Source of the DNA: Yuukianura sp. NJ FZ-2021
Taxonomy: Eukaryota
Length of the DNA stretch: 64,000 bases
Direction: 5' to 3'
Assembly (NCBI GenBank): GCA_046563655.1
Contig: CM102286.1
Span: 4,960,001-5,024,000, forward strand
Shown here piece by piece: positions 1 to 12,055 of this stretch. Position 1 is the first letter of the stretch. Every line of letters begins with the position of its first letter. The position numbers and the translations under genes were made by a program. The notes under the pieces were generated by a model that was not told the DNA's origin, searched no databases, and saw only the letters and a program-made list of their open reading frames with translations.

Positions 1-19
1 TGGAGCGATTTTGCGTAAT

Positions 20-625
20 TTTCCGCTTTTCTAGTTATGTAAAGGTGAAGAAAGTGATAAAATGCATTTGAAAATTGCTGTGGAATACTTTTCTGATCAA
101 AAGCATGGAGTTTCCAATCCGCATTTCCAATCTTCGGCGGAATCGGAGTATTTTCTTGAGTCTCTTAGTTTCTGAAATTGATTGCTAGAGAGCTACACAT
201 TTTCCATTTGTTTAATATCACCCCAGAAGCCTAATTAATTTCTGCAAAAAGCGGGAACATGTAACCAAGCAACATAACTCCAAGGAGCATTAATAATTGA
301 TTCTTCTGGAACTGGAAGAAAAGAAAAGCTCCGGCCTCGGTTCCTGAGAATATGATAATAGCAGTTATAACATATGACAGACAATCCAGCGGCGAAGAAG
401 AGACTTAATGATACTTTCCGAAATGAAATGCCAGCTTCTGAAGCAGAAAAGTACCAAATGTGATGTATGTGCAACGTGGAATGCCTTCAAATAGGGAAAT
501 TTTGCACAAAAGTAATCGAAATCCTGAAAAAGTTGGAGAGTGACCTCACAAACTTCTGTGTGAACGTTAAAATAATGCTGCAAAAATAGAAGCAGATCTC
601 TTATGTGACTTTTACTAAAACCCAT
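20..625 (-). pseudogene. 7TM chemoreceptor-like (GR/OR-like) tandem copy 1, pseudogene
   Basis: Starts MGFSKSHIRDLL..YFNVHTEVCEV like its paralogs. A short insertion near 530-545 shifts the frame. The sequence then jumps from exon-1-like to exon-3-like sequence near 300 (exon 2 missing), has an in-frame TAG after LFAEIN (~231-233), and a further frameshift before the degraded ..LEMR..QFSNAFYH..LYITRK tail. Confidence 0.85.
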
Positions 626-629
626 TTTC

Positions 630-1060
630 GAGACAAGTGAAAGCTAGAACTAACTGAACGAGAAGAAGAACCTAATACAGAAAGTTAGGTTATAAGTTTA
701 TAAAATGTTACCCTTGAAAATTTGGAAGTATTTTGAAACCATGATTTGCAAAAAAAAATTATTTAGCAATTTTTGTTAAACTCGACAGTCAATGCAATTT
801 CCATGTTCCTGATAAAACTAGTCGAATATTCTTAAAATCTTATTATCTCTGACATTATCAAATCTAAATCCTTAGCCACTGCTTTGATAAGTCCAATAAG
901 TGTAGCCAGTTTCATTTTGGACAATTTCATTCAACATGTCATTCATTTCTAATTTCCGAATCCAATCCCACGAAGTTTGACTAACGATAAGTTATTAGCA
1001 TAACCCAGAGAATATGCGATTTACTTTTCGTGTTGCATGACTTTATGTTACCAAGGCCAA
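630..1060. repeat. Duplicated upstream (promoter) region of copy 1, paralogous to ~2460-2880
   Basis: Alignable non-coding blocks occur upstream of both copy 1 and copy 2, e.g. catgttcctgataaaact, tcttattatct-tgacatta, ttgataagtcca, gtagccagttt-attttggacaatttca. Confidence 0.85.
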
Positions 1061-1244
1061 ATATTTCTACAAAAACCTAAGGAGATAACCGAAAGAAAAC
1101 CACGGAATATGTCATCATTTGTTCAATAAACTTGATTTACTTTGATACCAATAATTCAGCTATACCGCTCAACACTAAAACTAATTGTAAGTGGTAGTAC
1201 GTTCAGTCAACCAAAGTGAAAAAAAAATTTTTTGTATGTTAGTT

Positions 1245-2453
1245 TTACGACTTTCTTGTTAAGTAAAGGCGAAGAGAATGGTAAAATACATTTGAAAATT
1301 GGCGCAGAATGCCTTTTCGATTAAAAGTGTGGAAGTTTCCAGCCCGCATTTCCAATTTTCGACAGGAGCGCAGGATTTTCTTCAACATTTTAGCTTGTGA
1401 AATTGGACGTTCATTGGCTGCAAGTTTCCATTTTTTTAATAACGCTACAGAAGAGTCATTTATTTCTGCAAAAAGCGGGAATAGGTAACCCAGCAACATA
1501 ACTCCAAATGGGACACACATTCCTGCAAGTCCTTTAAGATAAATTGACGCGTGACGGTCTACCAATACGACAGATGCGACGCTAATAAGTATAAGCGTCA
1601 TGTATCGAGCGTTTACCACGGATGATCCAAAGTACAATTCAAATTCTCGGTGTAAAATTTGCATACTTCGGTACGACTGCAACTTCTTATCCATGTTCAA
1701 ATTTCTTTTAAAAAAAGCAAATCAAAATGTATCCTGCTTAAAACCATTTTTTGAATAGTCGTTTTGTGTGTTCTTACCGAAAATTTTCCAAATGCTTTTT
1801 TGTGCAATGACAATACAACATGAACAACGTTGTAATAAGTATCCCAGTTTGATAGACAATTATAGGAGTGAAAGCATCGTATACCGCCAGAACTATTCTG
1901 GGTAGCCAATGATTTTGTCCAGTGATAGTCACAAACAAAGCATTGTGAAATCGAATATCATAGGGATGACTTAAGGCAAATCCAACAAAGAATAAAAAAG
2001 AAGGTATTTGTAGTTTAGTTTGGAACTGTGCCATTTGAAGTACAAATCGAATTGTGAAATCCGGTACCATTTTTTCTAAAGAATTAAAAGTACCTTTAAA
2101 ATATTCCAACAAAAAAATCTTTATAGTGACTTGCCAGTTTTTTGGAATTGGAAAAGCGCGTTGAAAAAAGTTGCGACTTCGGTTGCAGAGAATATGATAA
2201 TGGCGGTCGGAACCAATGCCGTAGTCAACCCAGAGACAATGCAGAAACTTAACGCTACTTCCAGAAATGTCAACTTTTGAAGCAGAAAAGTACCAAATGT
2301 AATGTATATGCAACGGGCAATCCCTTGAAATAGAGAAATTTTGCATAACAGTAATCGAAATCCTGACCTAACCTCGCAAACTTCTGTTTGAACGTTAAAA
2401 TAAAGCGGCAAAAATGGAAACAGATCTTCTATGTAACTTTTACTAAAAACCAT
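1245..2453 (-). CDS. 7TM chemoreceptor-like (GR/OR-like) multi-pass membrane protein, copy 2, apparently intact (~359 aa)
   Basis: Exons 2453-2135, 2075-1778 and 1704-1245 splice in frame; the intron 1 donor is GC (GCAAGT). There are many hydrophobic segments. The C-terminus LRSCRKLEMRAGNFHTFNRKGILRQFSNVFYHSLRLYL resembles the end of the insect GR/OR superfamily. The family call is by resemblance only. Confidence 0.75.
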
Positions 2454-3006
2454 TTTCGCTACAAGTGAAAGCAAGAGCCAACTGAAAAACCAAAGGAACC
2501 TAAAGTTATGCTGCATAAAATTCTTCTCTTGAAAATTTGAAAGCAGTTTGAGACCAAGATTTGACAAAGAATTATTTAGCAATTTTGGTTAAACTCGGAA
2601 AATCCTGCCCGACAGTAAACACAATTTTCATGTTCCTGATAAAACTGGACGATTATTCTTAATCTTATTATCTTTGACATTAGGAAATCCAAAAGCTTAG
2701 CCGTTGTTTTGATAAGTCCAGTAAGTAGCCAGTTTAATTTTGGACAATTTCACTTCAACATGTCATTTCTAAATTCCGAACACAATTCCAACAACCTAAG
2801 TTTGAATAAGTTATGACAACCCTGAGCTTGCTATTTAATTTTTGAATTCCTTGTTGCATGACTTCATCATGTTACAAGAGGAACAGAAAATTCACGAGAA
2901 AAAAAACGCCATGCTGCTTTTACTAATCTTGATTTACATCAATGCTTCCGCCATACTTCTGTAAACTAACTCTAAATGATACGTTCAGTGGCCAAGGTTG
3001 TAGCTT

Positions 3007-4219
3007 CTACGACTTTCTTGTTAAGTAAAGGCGAAGAGAATGGTAAAATACATTTGAAAATTGGCTCAATGTACTTTTGCGACTAAAAGTATGGAAACTT
3101 CCAGCCCTAATTTCTAGTCTTCGGCAGGAACGGAGGATTTTCTGGAGCCTCTTGGCTTCAGAAAATGCACGCTCTCTTGTAGCTGCATGTTTCCATTTGT
3201 TTAGTAGCGCAAAAGAAGCACTGATTTCAGCAAAAAGAGGAAACACGTATCCAAGTACCAAGACACCAAAGGCAGCACAGATCCCTGCAAGCGCTCTGAG
3301 ATACATCGATGCTTCACGTTCGATCAATGCAACAAATGAGACGCCAACTAGTGTTAGAGTTATGTATCGAGTAGCTACCACGGTTGATCCAAAATATAAG
3401 TCGAATTGTCTGTTTAAAATTTCCAACCCTCTGTACGAACGCAATTTTTGACCTATACTGAAATTCCTTTAAAAAAAGTAACAACTGTTATTCCAATTTT
3501 TAGCTACATATTCGCTGTATTTTACCGTAAATTTTCCAACTGTTTCTTTGTACTATGACAATGCAAAACTACCACAGTAGTTATCATTATTCCGCCGTGA
3601 TACGACATTCCAGAAACAAATTCATCATAGACCGCAAAGAATATTCTGGAAATCCAGGAATTGTTTCCAGTGATCGTGACAAACAAGGCATTTGTGAAAG
3701 CGAATATCGTAGGGATGCGTAATGGCAAACCCAATAAAAAATATTGCATGCAGTAATTGATATTTAAGGTGCATCATTGCCCTTTAAATATCAGCCCGAA
3801 GTGTAAGACGAATTATTGTTAAATCTGTTTTCATTTTTTCTAGAATATATAATATTTAGAATTAAAAATTGTAATCAAACTGGACAATTTGCTGATTTAC
3901 GATTTTTCTGGAATTGAAGGGACATGTTGAAAAAATTTCTGGCTTCGGATGCTGAGAGTATGATATTTGAACACGCAAAAAATGGCATCAACAGACCCCC
4001 GACAACAATAAAACTCATTGTTCCTTCAAGAAATGTCGCCTTTGGAACCATGAATGTGGCAATTGTAATGTAGACACACGTTGCAAGCCATGAAAATAAA
4101 GAAATTTTGCACAAAAGTAATCGAAACCCTGACCTAACTTCGAAAATTCCTAATGCAGTGTTAAAATACAAAGGAAAAAATGGAAACAAATCTTTTCGTT
4201 CACTTTTAGTGGCACCCAT
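3007..4219 (-). pseudogene. 7TM chemoreceptor-like tandem copy 3, pseudogene
   Basis: Same 3-exon layout (ATG 4219, donor 3900, exon 2 ~3839-3526, exon 3 ending 3007). Exon 2 has an in-frame TAA at 3784-3786 inside an insertion, and a +1 frameshift at ~3692 (CACAAATGCC where the family reads H-N-A). Confidence 0.8.
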
Positions 4220-5106
4220 ACCATTACTTTTAGTAGCAAGAGAAAGCAACCCAGTAGAGAAATGAAATGAAAATCTAATGTTTTTCGCGCTAAAAATATT
4301 TTGAGAAGCAATAAAACCAGCACGATCTTCTCCTTTTACCAAAAAAGCTTTTTTTTGCCACTTTTAGTAATTTAATACATTTATTCGCACTGCACATCAA
4401 ACATAAACTATTCTCTGAACTTTTTTCAAGGACTAGCCAAATCGATTTTGATGTTGTAGTCTTTTGACGTGTTTGTACCAACATTTTTTAGCAATCGAAA
4501 AAGTTGGGTTCTTGCTTTAAAATATTCCAGAAATTTTTTATGCTTTCGAATTTTGAGTGAAAACTACTAAACCCAAATCTGCAAACTTTGGCGTATGAAT
4601 CACGTTTTGTATTGAACTTAAGGCTGCCGAGACCTTGATACTACTTTCATATTTTCATGGCATGCCTTTTCTCTATGTTATGTACATAAAATGATTGCAA
4701 AGCAATGCTCTTTTTTTCACTTTTTTCTACAATTCTAAGGTTTGATTCGAAAAACCTTTCTTTATGAAATATTTTCTGAGGCCGCAGATGAAATAAGCTT
4801 CATGTTACGACCAATGCTACAAACTAAAAAACCCTCCAAATATATGATTTTACGCTAAAAGTTTGATTTTTACAACTTTGTTGTCAGTTTCCTTTTTGGC
4901 ATACTAGCAACCACTTCTTTAAAAAGAAATATCATATCACACAATACAATTTAAATTCTTTGATGTCCAATCAAAGCTTACTTTCATATTTTGCTTATCC
5001 AAAAAATGACACCGTCGCTTTCAGCTTTTGACATGAGTGTGTGTGACGATACTTTGATCAACGATTTTATTGCTTCCTTAATCCAAGTTGATGTATTTAT
5101 TTATTT

Positions 5107-6306
5107 TTAGGACTTTCTTGTTATGTATAGCCGAAGGGAATGGTAAAATACATTTGAAAATTGGCGCAGAGAAATTTTGGGATTAAAAGTATTGAAATTT
5201 CCTGCCCGCATTTCCAATTTTCGACAAGAGCGGAGGATCCTCTGGAGTCTTTTAGCTTCTGGAAATGGTTGTTGACTAGCTTCAAGTTTCCATTTGTTTA
5301 GTAGCGCACCTGAAACCTTGCTAATTTCAGCAAATAGAGGAAACAGGTATCCAAGAATCAAAACGCCAAAAGAGGCACAGATTCCTGCAATTCCTTTAAC
5401 ATACAATGACGCATCGCGTTCACCAAGTACAACAAATGAAACGCCAACGAGTGTAAGCGTTATGTATCGTGCCGTTCCCACACTTGATCCAAAGTAGAGC
5501 TCGAACTCTCTGTTTAAAATTTCCATACATCTGTACGACAGCAGCTTTTCGCCCATGGTGAAGTTTCTGAAAGAAATTACATGTTTGATTTCCGTTTTCA
5601 AAACTTTCTCCTGTGTATTTTTACCGTAAGTCTTCCAGTGTTTTCCTCATGCAGTAACAATGCAATAGTAATACAACTGTAACCATTGTCCCAGCCTGAT
5701 ATCCAACTCCAGAAATGAGATAAGCATCATAACTCCCGAAAAATATTCTGGACAGCCACGTATCCTTTCCAGTGATATTTAAAAACAACGAATGATGAAA
5801 TCGAATATCATTTGGATGGGTAACAGCAAACGCAATTACAAATAGTGCAAACAGCCATTCGTATTTCATTTGTAATTGTGTAACGAGAAGTGTAAGGCGA
5901 ATGGTTAAATCCATTTTCATTCTTTCTGGAAAATTATTTCAGCAATTTTTTAACTCAATGTCAAAATTGAAACTGACTTTCCCTTACCACTTTTGTGGAA
6001 ATGGAAAAGCGTGGTGAGAAGACTTCCGACCTCCGCTGCAGAGAATACGATAATGGCACTCAGGAGAATTGGGATCAACAGGCCGGCGACAAAGATGAAA
6101 CTGAATGCTGCTTCTAGAAATGTTAACTTTGAAACCAAAAAAGTAGCAATCGTAATGTAGCCGCAACGTGCAAAGCCTAGAAATAAAGAAATTTTACACA
6201 ACAGTAATCGGAACCCTGACCTGACCTCGCAAATTCCGTCGTCAGTGTTAAAGTAAAGCGGTAAAATTGGAAACAGATCTTTGGTATTGGTTTTGCTGGC
6301 AACCAT
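5107..6306 (-). CDS. 7TM chemoreceptor-like (GR/OR-like) multi-pass membrane protein, copy 4, intact (~359 aa)
   Basis: Exons 6306-5988, 5925-5625 and 5566-5107 with GT-AG introns in frame. Clear paralog of copies 1-3 (LPLYFN..CEVRSGFRLLLCKISLF; HPxDIRFH; YFGSSV..RYITL; QFSNVFYHSLRLY). Confidence 0.8.
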
Positions 6307-8309
6307 TTTAGGTTGAACTGAAAGTAAACCAAGTATAACAGTAACTGTGACTGCAACGAAATCCTTCGCCTGAAGTATTGGTTTATTGGCAGCTATTTTC
6401 CAAAATAAACGAATTTTTCTAGTTTTGCTAAACCGAGTTTCCATGTTTCACGATAAACATAATTTTGGTGTGCCTGACCCAAAATCTTGACTGGGTGAAT
6501 TTCTTATCAAATTTTGGAAAATTAGGTTTTGAGAGTGTCCCTGAGTTTTGAATTTTCACTAAAAGTCAAGCCCAAATTCTGTAAAGTTATTTCAATGATA
6601 ATCTCCTCAATCTGTAAAGGACATAACTCTAATGTTCCTGGGTCCTTTCCTTTCGAACGTCAGCAATGCAATTTTTTGTGAAAAGTTTTGGATGTGCCAC
6701 GAAATTTTTAAAACATGTAACAAACAACCTTGATCGTTATTTTCTTAAAAAATAATATGTTTATGCTTTTATTGACTTTTAGGCACAAACCGATGAAATT
6801 CAAAGACCTATTTTAAAAAAATGGAAAGAGCCGTTAGTTTTATTCTCTAATAGATTTTGTCTAGCATTTTTTATATGCATTTGAGAGAAAAACGAAGCCA
6901 AAACTTTCTGTTTGGTAGCAGAAATAAATTATGAATTTGAGCTTAACCTTAGCCGGGAGCCTTCAGCCCCAATTTTATTTTTCCTTTGACATGACTTTAT
7001 TATGTTATATACGGAGAAGTAGAAAAGCGTGTATGACGGGTAACTTTACTTTTCAAGGCAATATTTGATTGGTAAACTTTTTTATACATTGCATTTCTGA
7101 TGAAATAGCCTCAAACCTCCAAAGTTTACGTTGAACTTTAGTCACGTAGGTTCCGAGAACTAAAAAATAAGTTTAGTTGCAGCAATTCAGGTAAAGAGGC
7201 AGAATTTAGCAAAGTTTATTTCACATTCGCAACACGTCTCATCTTCAGTAAACTCAATCCGATTTTTGCTCCTTTTGGTACAAATTATGTTCTATTTTCT
7301 GAAACTTCAAATCAGAACAATTTGTTCAATTGGATTTTATAAGAACACGTCATGATCATCATCAACTGAAATATTGAAACATAAAGGACCACACATAAAA
7401 AAATACTTCCAAAGATTTTTCACTGTGCGCTGACTTACACTTTATGATTTGCTAAAGACGTCTACAACGTAGAAATCGCAGTGTGCACACATGTACCGTC
7501 ATTTCTGTCATTTCTGATTTCTGAGCTTTATAACTAGTAGTTATGGCTATGACCCGTATACTATATGAATTTGTAGACTTAACTACAAGCAAAAATAGAT
7601 TTCAAAAGTCAATGACCTGACAGCAGAATAGCTTCGCTGGGGCTTCGCTAAGAAATTATCAAGAAATGGCAGCCTTTTGTATTCAGTAACAAAAGGCCAT
7701 GTCTGTGTTGGAGTTGTCCACAAAATTGGAAACTTGAAGATGTAATATCGTAGGGTCACGACAGTGGTAATGAATTACTCTCTTTGGTGACTTCCCTCAA
7801 GAAGAAAATAAAATGAAACTGATCCCTGAAAAAGCAATTGAAATCATAGTGATTCATTCAGTCTCTAGGAAGAGCTCAAGAATTCCTTGGAGATCCTCCA
7901 TCCTTCGTTTGAGGAAGGTTGCATGTCACAACACAGGAAATTAAAGTTAACGTCCGACTTCAGAGGAAAGTCCAAGAGAAAACCAATGTTGACTTCTTCC
8001 TTTTACAACTTTCTCCTTCTGTCACATTTCACTTTCATCTCCGCACAAATGCTTCAAGTAAACACAATTTGATAGACTGAGATTTATATGCTCCACTGAA
8101 TTTACTTAAGAAGAATCAAAGCAAAAGCTCAAGCGAGCAAATGCTAAAACCACTTTTCTTCTGCTTCTAAAATGTTTGATTCTGAATTTATTTTTTTTAC
8201 ATTTTCTTTACGTGCTTCGATTTCCGTTTTGTAATGTTAACTATTTTTAAAAAAATCAAATCATCTCTCTTTAAATTCATCCGACTTTGGCTTTCGCGGC
8301 ACTGAATTT

Positions 8310-9012
8310 TTAATTTTCATCGCCATTGTTAATTTTTGAGTAAAGTTGGACATGAAAATACCTCAGACTTGACTCGTCCATCGACATTAGTTTTACATTT
8401 GACCCTTCAAAATCACAAACCTTTAGATGCAGCGTGTCTCCTGAAGTAACTACAACGTCATATTTTGGCAATGTAAAACTGCCATCGATAACCGTAATGT
8501 AATGATTTCCTGTAGGAAGATGGAGAGTTTGTTCAGAAGAAACTGACATGGACGCTTTAACGCTTTCGCGGTGATAGATGACTCCATAGTCCACGACATG
8601 AGAAGTTGCATTGGCCAATTCACAGTGCATTTCTTCTTCGCCCTGGAAACTAAGGGGTACGAATGGATCCATTTTAATTGATTTGTTCAATACTAGTCCA
8701 CTTCCTTTCCACACGACAAGAATTCGATCGTATCCGGTAAATGATGAAAAGTCGTTAGATCCAGAAATTGTAGCGGAACTGAGTCGCCATAAGAACGGGT
8801 CTGAAGGGAAAGCAGCGTTTGATGGATTGATGTCGATCTGTTGGGTCGATCCAAGTCCATTCTTCCATGGCATAGACTGGTACTCACTTTGCCGAATGAG
8901 CTTCACGCTATAATAATTTTCAAAAGCAAACAAGTTTCTTTTGGTGTTTTCAAGAAATGCAAATTCAAAATTTCAGTTTGAAATATATGGTTTACCTCAA
9001 TGTCTCTGTCAT
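8310..9012 (-). CDS. hutD: HutD/Ves-family (cupin-like) protein, bacterial-type, 2 exons
   Basis: Exon 1 is 9012-8996 (MTETL), followed by an 88-nt GT-AG intron (8995-8908) and exon 2 (8907-8310). Motifs MPWKNGLGSTQQI, FLWRLSSATI and FSSFTGYDR match the HutD/Ves signature (MPWKNGgGxTxEI..FxWRxSxAxI..FSxFxGxDR). Confidence 0.88.
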
Positions 9013-9272
9013 AATTCTCAAAATACTTGTGTCAACTAAAACTAATCTAAATTTTGAAGACTTTTGGTGAGTTCAAAGATGAAGTTAAGTTCAAGGAAAG
9101 CTCAGTTCGCTATGTTTAACATTAGAAAATCCCTAGACAGTACAATGCCTTTGGTATAGTTAATTCGGGATTAACTTGGATTACGACAAAGTTGTTTCAC
9201 AATCACACTCTGGTGCTCCTCTGATGCCACTTTGTGTTGATTTATTTTAAATTGGTTTTGCCTTGTTTAAAA

Positions 9273-11977
9273 CTAGACACAAGTGCTTGCTTTGGGTGGT
9301 AGTGGTTCATATTTTGGCATTGACACGACGTAGTTCTGGAAAAACAACTCATTAATTTCTACTTTTACAGACACTAGAATTTCATATTGTGCTTGTCTCT
9401 AAATGGAGAAATTTATAATTTTGTTACCTTGAGAGGAAACCGCTTTTGATTGCCCCCAGTACAAAATGCGTAGTGCTTTCCTTCGAGCCATTTCCGCTCA
9501 ATTTCCTTGCCTTTGGTAGCCCAGTCAATGCTGCGCATGAATTCTCCCACTGTTCCGGTTCCTACTACAGGTTGTTCACTTTCCACAATCATCATGGCGT
9601 CAAAGGCATTCAGCGGGTTGTCAGCGGTGCTGTTTTTCAGAGTAAAGGGGTTGTCCGGATAGTCTTTCTCTTGACTATCTCTATTTTAACATATCAAGCG
9701 CATTTTAAAAATAAGTTAGGCTGGAATTACAATACTTGAATTCAAAGGAATAAAAAATACTTCGGTACGTAGGGTAGGTTCATCTCCTGCAGAATGGCGC
9801 CCTCTACCTTGTTAATTCCCATGGCTCGCATGAACGAGTCGAATTCCGGTTGACTTTTGCATTCAGCAAGGGGAATGCGTGGGTAATAGTAGACGAAAGA
9901 CAGACACATTTCATCCCGTGTTCCAATTCCACCCTAGTCAACGCCAGTTAAAAATTTTGGACGTCCATGTTCAAAGTACACGCCAATTTGAATGCAGTTT
10001 TGTCGAAAATTCGAATTTTTGAAACTTACGAAAGACAGGAAATTCTTGTTGGATCTGTCATACTCGCATATGGAAACCAACTCGTCTCCAGGCAAAAGCT
10101 GTCTCCCTGGTTGAAGCACTCGGGCTTGTTGGTAGTTGTAGTTGTACCTGGAATCCTACATTCCAAAATTTCATAAAACTCAAGGCGCAACACTTGAAAA
10201 GAAAGTTAATTTTGTTTTATCAATCGAGGAATTACTTTTGCAAGTGGAGGCAATTCTTTGCCGTTTCTTAAATGCTTCAACTCCAGCTTAGTTCCTGTGT
10301 AATGCGCATGTAAGAGGACGGTAATAACTGTGATGCCTTCTGGTGGAAGTATTTGAGCTGTACACTCCGAAGTACAGTAGGCCTTTGCTACAAAATCTGG
10401 CATGGAAGGAGGTACGGTTCCGAATGGAGAAACTTTGTGTCCAACGGCAAACACACTTCCGTCAAATTCTCTTAATTTGTCAGTATAGATCAGTCTCAGT
10501 CCAGAACTGTCGGTAACTGCAAATTCAAAAAAAAAAATAAAATAAAAACGAAAAAAAAAATAAATGGCGAAATTTTTAAATTTTTAAATCTTCATGAATA
10601 GTTGCTTAAAGTTGCTTGGTCACATGTTTTTCGCTGTGGATTGTCGTAGTGAATCTCAAACATGAAATAGGTCGATCCGCCATGCTCTTCTCCCAGCGGA
10701 AAACCCATCTTCTCTGGAAAAATGTTTCCTGGAATGCGGTAAAGTTCAAAATTACGTGTTTGGAGAATTCTGGATTTTGGAATAAAGTGAATTTTGTATT
10801 TAAAACTGCCGGAAACCTTCTGAGCCCGAAGTCCACATGATTGGTGCGCTGACGCAGAACTTGCTCCACTCGGGTGGCATTACGGGCGTGTAACATTTTC
10901 CTCCGCTAGATGTCGCGTGCTCGTCAAAAACTTTCTTGCTTCCCCCTTCTGATTCGGGAACAATACATTCGTACATGATCATGTGATGAATGTTCCATTT
11001 GGTTTCGTCGTCAAGCAGAGGTTGGAACTGGCGGAAATTTTAAAAAACATAATTGGTTTTAAAAAAGTTTTAAATTTTGGTGGTTGAACAAACCCCGATG
11101 AGATGGTGCTTTTTATCAAGTGCTGGAAACTTGACAATCGTGCAGTAAAACGCGTCGTTTTCACCGGTAACCGTGTTCTGAAATCAATCCGTGTTTTGTT
11201 GAAAGGAATCGAGTTCAAACGCAGCAAAATTGAAATGATGTTGTTCTTACGTTGTGCATCTGAATGTCCCAATGCTTTACATGATCATCTTCGGCAGGAA
11301 AAACAGCATGGGTTGCAGGAATTCGGATGTATGACCTTCGAACTCCCCGAATTTCTCCATGATACGCTGCCACATTTGACACGGGGTCATCTTTATGGTA
11401 GGCCCAGATCAGATTCACTGTATCTTCCTAAAAGGTCAAAGGTCAACTTTCTTTATAAGAGTCAAAAGTGTTACAAGAATATGTTGTGCTTTTCAGACCT
11501 CAATCACGAAATCCTGCTCATTGTCGCAAGTATCCCATTTACGACGGAATCGAATTGTCGTTCTCCCGCCTGTTTCTTGGGCACTCAGCAGTTCATAATT
11601 TTGAACAGCATCCAATTTGGGACTTGTGTTGGCAGTTGCGTACATATCCTGCGGACAGTCACAGCGTAATAACATATTAGGCGCGAAAATAGTGTCAATT
11701 TTGAATTTTAGTGTCTTACGAGAATGACCCCTTGACCTTTAGAGTCTACCCACCCCAGCACAATGTCGCTTCCTCCCATGCCTCCATTAGGCGAAAATCC
11801 AAGCGCTACATAACCAGTTGTAGGAGCGCTCATTTCCATTGTGAGCCACACGGGGTCATCCCTGTTCCATTTTACAGTGACACCTCTCTCTAAGGTCAAT
11901 TCGTGACCCCACTCATCTCCCCCGTGCACAAATCTAACTACGCCCAATATTAACACAAATGAACAAAAACTTTTCAT
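9273..11977 (-). CDS. MOXD1: DBH-like copper type II ascorbate-dependent monooxygenase (MOXD1/MOXD2-like), ~11 exons
   Basis: Signal peptide MKSFCSFVLILGVV, DOMON domain (GYVALGFSPNGGMGGSDIVLGW), and copper ligands IHHMIMYEC, LEIHYDNP, LLHAHYTG and GGIGTRDEMCLSFVYYYP. Short GT-AG introns; last exon 9336-9273 ends ..KASTCV*. Confidence 0.9.
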
Positions 11978-12047
11978 CTTTGGCTTAACTGAAGGGAATT
12001 TTGTTAACAAAAAGTTGCAATTGAGGAGAGAATTCCAGGGCACTTGC

Positions 12048-12055
12048 TTATATAA
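12048..12055 (-). promoter_or_regulatory. Probable TATA box of the MOXD1-like gene
   Basis: TATATAAG on the minus strand about 70 nt upstream of the ATG at 11977. Confidence 0.5.
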
